Shown one piece after another: positions 35,776-39,983 of a stretch of 39,983 bases of DNA (position 1 is the first letter of the stretch; every line of letters begins with the position of its first letter). The notes under the pieces were generated by a model. It was not told where the DNA came from, ran no database searches, and was given only the letters and a program-made list of their open reading frames with translations. Source of the stretch: Gemmatimonadales bacterium (lineage in GTDB: Bacteria; Gemmatimonadota; Gemmatimonadetes; Gemmatimonadales; GWC2-71-9). A program made the translations under genes and the position numbers. Location: assembly GCA_039794085.1 (NCBI GenBank), contig JBDIWC010000037.1:1-39983 (forward strand), read 5' to 3'.

Positions 35776-38445
35776 TTATGGATTCTCCTCCTCCCGCGGC
35801 CCGCACAGATGGATCAGCTCCGCGACCAGTGCGGTCCAGCCGGTCTGGTGCGATGCGCCGAGTCCGTGGCCATCCTCCCCGTGGAAATACTCGTGAAACA
35901 GAATATGATCGCGGAAATGGGGGTCGGTCTGGAGCTTCTCGTTGTCACCGAACACCGGTCGGCACCCCCCCCCCTGCGGGTCGGGAAGGAAGATCGAAAT
36001 CAGACGGCGGGACAGCGCCACGGCCGCCCCGCGGATCGTGGTGTACTGGCCGGAGCCGGTGGGACACTCGATCGTGAAGTCGTCGCCGTAGTAGCTGTGA
36101 AACTCCAGCAGTGACTGCACGATCAGGAAATTGACCGGAAACCAGACCGGTCCGCGCCAGTTGGAGTTTCCCCCGAATTGACGCGAGCGTGATTCCCCGG
36201 GCTCGTAGTCCACCGTCCAGGATGTGCCGTCGCTCGAGAAGGAGTAGGGATGCTCCCGATGCACCCGGGACAGTGCCCGCACGCCGTGCGGCGAAAGAAA
36301 CTCGTTTTCTTCCAGCATCCGGGCCAGCAGGCGCTTCATCCGGTGTCCCCGCAGCAGCGACAGGAGGTGGCGCTCCCCCTCCCCCACATCATCCCACCGG
36401 GACACGAGCGACGCCAGATCGGGGCGATTCTGGAGGAACCAGCGGAGCCGGCGCGCAAAGTCGGGGAGCTTGTCCAGGCATTCCTGGTCGATGACCTCGA
36501 CCGCGAAGAGAGGGATCAGCCCGACCATCGAGCGAACCTTGAGGTTCACATGCCCGCCGTCGGGAAGGTGGAGCACGTCATAGAAGAATTCGTCCTCCTC
36601 GTCCCACAACCCCACCCCATCGCCTCCGATGTCGGTCATCGCCTTGGCGATCATCAGGAAATGCTCGAAGAACTTGGTGGAGATGTCCTGATAGACCGGA
36701 TTGTGCGCGGCCAGCTCAAGGGCGATCCGCATCAGGTGCAGCGAGTACATCGCCATCCAGCTCGTCCCGTCGGCCTGGTGCAGGTGCCCGCCGGTCGGCA
36801 GTGGGGAGCTCCGATCGAACAATCCGATGTTGTCGAGGCCCAGAAACCCGCCCTGAAAAATGCTGCGACCCTCGGGATCCTTGCGGTTGACCCACCAGGT
36901 GAAATTCAGCAGGAGCTTGTGGAACACCCGCTCGAGGAAGGCGTGGTCGCCCGCGTCGCCCCGTTGTTCGCGGTCGATGCAGAACACCTGCCACGCGGCC
37001 CACGCATGCACCGGCGGATTGACGTCGCCAAAGGCCCACTCGTAGGCCGGCATCTGCCCGTTCGGGTGGATGTACCACTCGCGGGTCAGCAGGTCGAGCT
37101 GGAGCTTGGCGAAAGCGGCGTCGAGGCGGGCGAGGGGGACACAGTGGAATGCCAGGTCCCAGGCCGCGAACCAGGGATACTCCCAGGCGTCCGGCATGGA
37201 CAGGATCTCGAAGCTGCCCAGATGTTCCCAATCGGCGTTGCGCCCCTCGTGCCGCCCGGCAGGCGGGGGGGGCTGGGTCGGGTCGCCCGCCAGCCATCGC
37301 CGGACATCGTAGTGGTAGCGCTGCTTGCTCCAGATCAGTCCGGCCCAGGCCTGGCGCTGGACCCGCCGGGATTCCTCGTCGAGGCCCACCTGCAACTCGG
37401 CGTAGAACGCATCGGCCTCGGTGCGCCGGGTCCGGACCACCTTGTCAAAGTCCCGGAAGCCCCGGGACACCGAGCCCGGTGTGAGCCGCACCCGGACGCG
37501 GCGGGACTCCCCGGCCGGAATCTCCATCACGTGGTGAAACGCCGCCTTCGTCCCCTCCGCGTCGCGGCTCACCGCATCGGGGCGTCCCCCCACGACATAC
37601 TCGTGGAAGGCGTCCTTCGGACAGAGATGCCCCTCGGCCTCCGCCCCCCACAGCCGACGGGCATTCGACTCGTTCTCGGCAAAGAGCACCTCCGGCGCTC
37701 CATCCGAGACCACGCGGTGGCTGCCCATCGTCTCGTGCGACAGCGCGACCTCGGCATCACCGCTCCGGGTCAGGTTCGGCTTCGAGGCGTCCCGGTCCCA
37801 GGACCAGGTGTTGCGAAAGACGACCTGGGGAAGGACGTGGAGGGTCGCCGCCTCCGGGCCCCGGTTGTGGGCGGTGATCTGCATCAGGATGTCGTCCACG
37901 GTCGCCTTGGCGTACTCGACCTCGACGTCGAAGTAGCGGTCGTCGTCGAAGATCCCGGTGTCCAGCAGCTCGAACTCGCCCTCCTCGGGTCCGCGCCGGG
38001 CGTTTTCCTCCACCAGCCGGGTGTAGGGGTATTCCCGCTGGGGGTACTTGTAGAGCATCCGGAGATAGGCATGCGAGGGAAGGGCGTCCAGGTAGTAGTA
38101 CAACTCCTTCACATCCTCCCCGTGGTTCCCCTCGGAGTTGGTCAACCCGAACAACCGCTCCTTCAGGATCGGGTCGTGGCCGTTCCAGAGCGCGAGCGAC
38201 AGACAAATCCGCTGTTCCCGGTCGGAAAACCCGGCCAGTCCATCCTCACCCCACCGATAGGCCCGGCTGCGGGCGTGGTCGTGGGGAAAATAGTCCCACG
38301 CCGCGCCGTCGGGGCTGTAGTCCTCCCGCACCGTGCCCCACTGCCGCTCGCTCAGGTAGGGACCCCACGCCCACCACCGGCCATCGTCATTCTCCGCCAG
38401 TCGGGCCCGCTCAGCCGACGGCTTTCGTGATCCGCGCTTCGTCAT
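35776..38445 (-). CDS. GH63/MGH1-like glucosidase
   Basis: WGPYLSERQWGTVREDYS, SMPDAWEYPWFAAWDLAFH, FLGLDNIG, NSNWRGPVWFP, EYFHGE.G.GLGASHQTGWT. Confidence 0.93.
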   Translation of the reverse strand: MTKRGSRKPSAERARLAENDDGRWWAWGPYLSERQWGTVREDYSPDGAAWDYFPHDHARSRAYRWGEDGLAGFSDREQRICLSLALWNGHDPILKERLFGLTNSEGNHGEDVKELYYYLDALPSHAYLRMLYKYPQREYPYTRLVEENARRGPEEGEFELLDTGIFDDDRYFDVEVEYAKATVDDILMQITAHNRGPEAATLHVLPQVVFRNTWSWDRDASKPNLTRSGDAEVALSHETMGSHRVVSDGAPEVLFAENESNARRLWGAEAEGHLCPKDAFHEYVVGGRPDAVSRDAEGTKAAFHHVMEIPAGESRRVRVRLTPGSVSRGFRDFDKVVRTRRTEADAFYAELQVGLDEESRRVQRQAWAGLIWSKQRYHYDVRRWLAGDPTQPPPPAGRHEGRNADWEHLGSFEILSMPDAWEYPWFAAWDLAFHCVPLARLDAAFAKLQLDLLTREWYIHPNGQMPAYEWAFGDVNPPVHAWAAWQVFCIDREQRGDAGDHAFLERVFHKLLLNFTWWVNRKDPEGRSIFQGGFLGLDNIGLFDRSSPLPTGGHLHQADGTSWMAMYSLHLMRIALELAAHNPVYQDISTKFFEHFLMIAKAMTDIGGDGVGLWDEEDEFFYDVLHLPDGGHVNLKVRSMVGLIPLFAVEVIDQECLDKLPDFARRLRWFLQNRPDLASLVSRWDDVGEGERHLLSLLRGHRMKRLLARMLEENEFLSPHGVRALSRVHREHPYSFSSDGTSWTVDYEPGESRSRQFGGNSNWRGPVWFPVNFLIVQSLLEFHSYYGDDFTIECPTGSGQYTTIRGAAVALSRRLISIFLPDPQGGGCRPVFGDNEKLQTDPHFRDHILFHEYFHGEDGHGLGASHQTGWTALVAELIHLCGPREEENP

Positions 38446-38629
38446 GTCTCAGATTCACCTGACATCAGAAGGACCATGCCGGTTCCCGGCATGCAGAACA
38501 CCGGAACACCGGGGCGTCCGTCGTCGGCGCCCGATGTCCCTCGCTCCCCCCTGAACGTCCGCGGACGCGCGGTGGTTCCCTCAGCCCGGAAACGGCGAGA
38601 TCAGATTCCCGGTCTCCCCTTCTCTTTCT

Positions 38630-39205
38630 TCAGTTCCCGGGCTTGTCCTTGCGGGACGTCGCCGGCATCCCGGCCGCTTCCTTGAGGATGGCGGAAGTAT
38701 GCTCCGTCACCCTGGCTGCAACCGGGGCATCGGCCTTCACCTCGGTTTCGAGCGCTGTCAGGTGCCCGTCGATCGCCGAGAGGTGCCGGGTCATGTCCTC
38801 CATCATCGTCGCCATCGACTTCTTCGCACTGTCGCCCCTCATTCCTCTCGGCATCCTGGTGCTGTCACCCATGGCCGCCTGCTGGGCCTGGTGGTGCTGA
38901 CGCATCTGGTCGAAGCTGCGCCTCATCTCCGCCACCGCCGGACGCACGAGGGTGAGGTTGACGGTCTTCATCCGAGTGCCCGGACCCTCGACAGCCCGCG
39001 CGAAATTCACCAGGTTGTCCCGATAGGCCATCGCGAGCACATGATGCGGTTGCCCCATCATGCCCTGCATCCCGTCCTGATGCATGGCTTGTGGAGCGCG
39101 TTCCTTCTTGGGGTCCTGCGCCGTGATGGATGTGGTGGCGCCGCCCAGCACGAGGGCCATGAGGCCAACCGTGGCCAGGGCGTGGGTGTGGCATGTACGT
39201 GTCAT
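38630..39205 (-). CDS. Secreted Met/His-rich helical hypothetical protein
   Basis: AAGGAG RBS; signal peptide; MHQDGMQGMMGQPHH and other Met/His clusters. Confidence 0.75.
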   Translation of the reverse strand: MTRTCHTHALATVGLMALVLGGATTSITAQDPKKERAPQAMHQDGMQGMMGQPHHVLAMAYRDNLVNFARAVEGPGTRMKTVNLTLVRPAVAEMRRSFDQMRQHHQAQQAAMGDSTRMPRGMRGDSAKKSMATMMEDMTRHLSAIDGHLTALETEVKADAPVAARVTEHTSAILKEAAGMPATSRKDKPGN

Positions 39206-39401
39206 GGTGCGTCATCTCCTTGAGGTGTCGCGGCGACGGGGATGGCCCGAACGCCGGAGTTGGTGGTGATGCGTACCATACCCGCCCGCGGCAAAAGCGG
39301 GAATCGATCAAAGGGACGGGTGTGATCGTCGATCGAGAGAACGAGGGAGCCCAGAACCGAACGGGCGCCCCCGTTCAACTGTATGGCCACAACATCAGAC
39401 A

Positions 39402-39785
39402 TCACAGAATCAGCTTCCGAACTTGGAGTTTGGGCGACCCGAAGTTGATCAACAGTCCATCCCTCATTCGTGCCGCCCGCAGGTACCCAAGAACCTGAGC
39501 GATGTGCTCCGGGCCGAGAGCATTACAGGCCTTCAGTTCCACTATGAGCCGGTTGTCGACAAGCAGATCGGCATGGTATTCCCCCAACCCGGTACCATCC
39601 TCGTCGAACACACTCAGGATCCTCTGTCGTTCAACCTCCAGTCCCAGCCGACGCAGCCGATGCGTCATCCCGGCCTCATACACCTTCTCCAGGTGGCCGT
39701 GGCGCAGATAGGTGTGCAAAGAAAACGCTGTCTCTCGCACTATGTCGCAGAGCGCCAATACCGCCCCTTCATCTCTCATCTTCAA
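39402..39785 (-). CDS. GxxExxY protein (PD-(D/E)xK nuclease superfamily), intact
   Basis: GHLEKVYE motif; ADLLVDNRLIVELKA; HIAQVLGYL; GLLINFG. Confidence 0.92.
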   Translation of the reverse strand: MKMRDEGAVLALCDIVRETAFSLHTYLRHGHLEKVYEAGMTHRLRRLGLEVERQRILSVFDEDGTGLGEYHADLLVDNRLIVELKACNALGPEHIAQVLGYLRAARMRDGLLINFGSPKLQVRKLIL

Positions 39786-39863
39786 TGTCTCCCATCACCA
39801 GTCAACCCAGTCATTGCCATCCCTCCTTGTGCGCGACAACGCGAGCGCCCCGCCCCCACCCCA

Positions 39864-39964
39864 ACAGCCAACCACAAAAAGCACACAAGACACAGAAACA
39901 GCGGATCCAGCGCCCGGGTCGTCCGTGCACTCGTCCTTTTGTGCCTTCTGTGCCTCTTGTGGCC
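39864..39964. repeat. Inverted pair of 9-nt periodic repeat arms upstream of GxxExxY
   Basis: CCACAAAAAGCACACAAGACACA / TTTTGTGCCTTCTGTGCCTCTTGTGG. The segment 39864-39894 is a 30/31 reverse-complement match to 18814-18844. Confidence 0.8.
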
Positions 39965-39983
39965 CTTTCCCCACCCCCCTGAC

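Noticed and set aside
36250..38430. 726-aa plus-strand ORF
   Set aside because: Antisense shadow of the GH63 gene.

Overview
This GC-rich bacterial window has gene content suggestive of Gemmatimonadota (inference). It falls into two parts. (1) About 1-12.3 kb is an accessory, decaying region. It opens with the right end of an ISL3 element inserted in a KilA-N-type gene and a broken type I hsdM. Next is an integron-like cassette array (about 1.19-8.13 kb) with no integrase in the window: two full attC sites, several partial ones, and cassettes whose two ends are mutually complementary (BrnT/BrnA, truncated DUF4238, an unknown 217-aa protein, a nuclease-like SEC-C protein, a DUF433/PIN TA pair, a MOT1-type transporter). 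Two cassettes start instead at a duplicated attI-like module headed by a perfect Rex-type palindrome. A BlaI/BlaR1 pair and a cyclophilin follow, then a tandem duplication mixing PaeR7I-like restriction-enzyme fragments with truncated GxxExxY genes bounded by inverted repeat arms. (2) About 12.3-40 kb is mostly minus-strand, envelope-related core-like genes (FG-GAP proteins, choice-of-anchor B, hybrid kinase, TlpA, BNR/VPS10 protein, His phosphatase, M28 peptidase). It also holds a membrane-anchored SARP/BTAD-ATPase regulator divergent from a LamG lipoprotein, an orphan double-domain KaiC, a GH63 glucosidase and an intact GxxExxY nuclease gene. Intergenic regions carry several REP-like families, 8-9-nt periodic repeat arms and a 12x heptamer array. 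All family calls are from motif recognition by eye; no searches were run.
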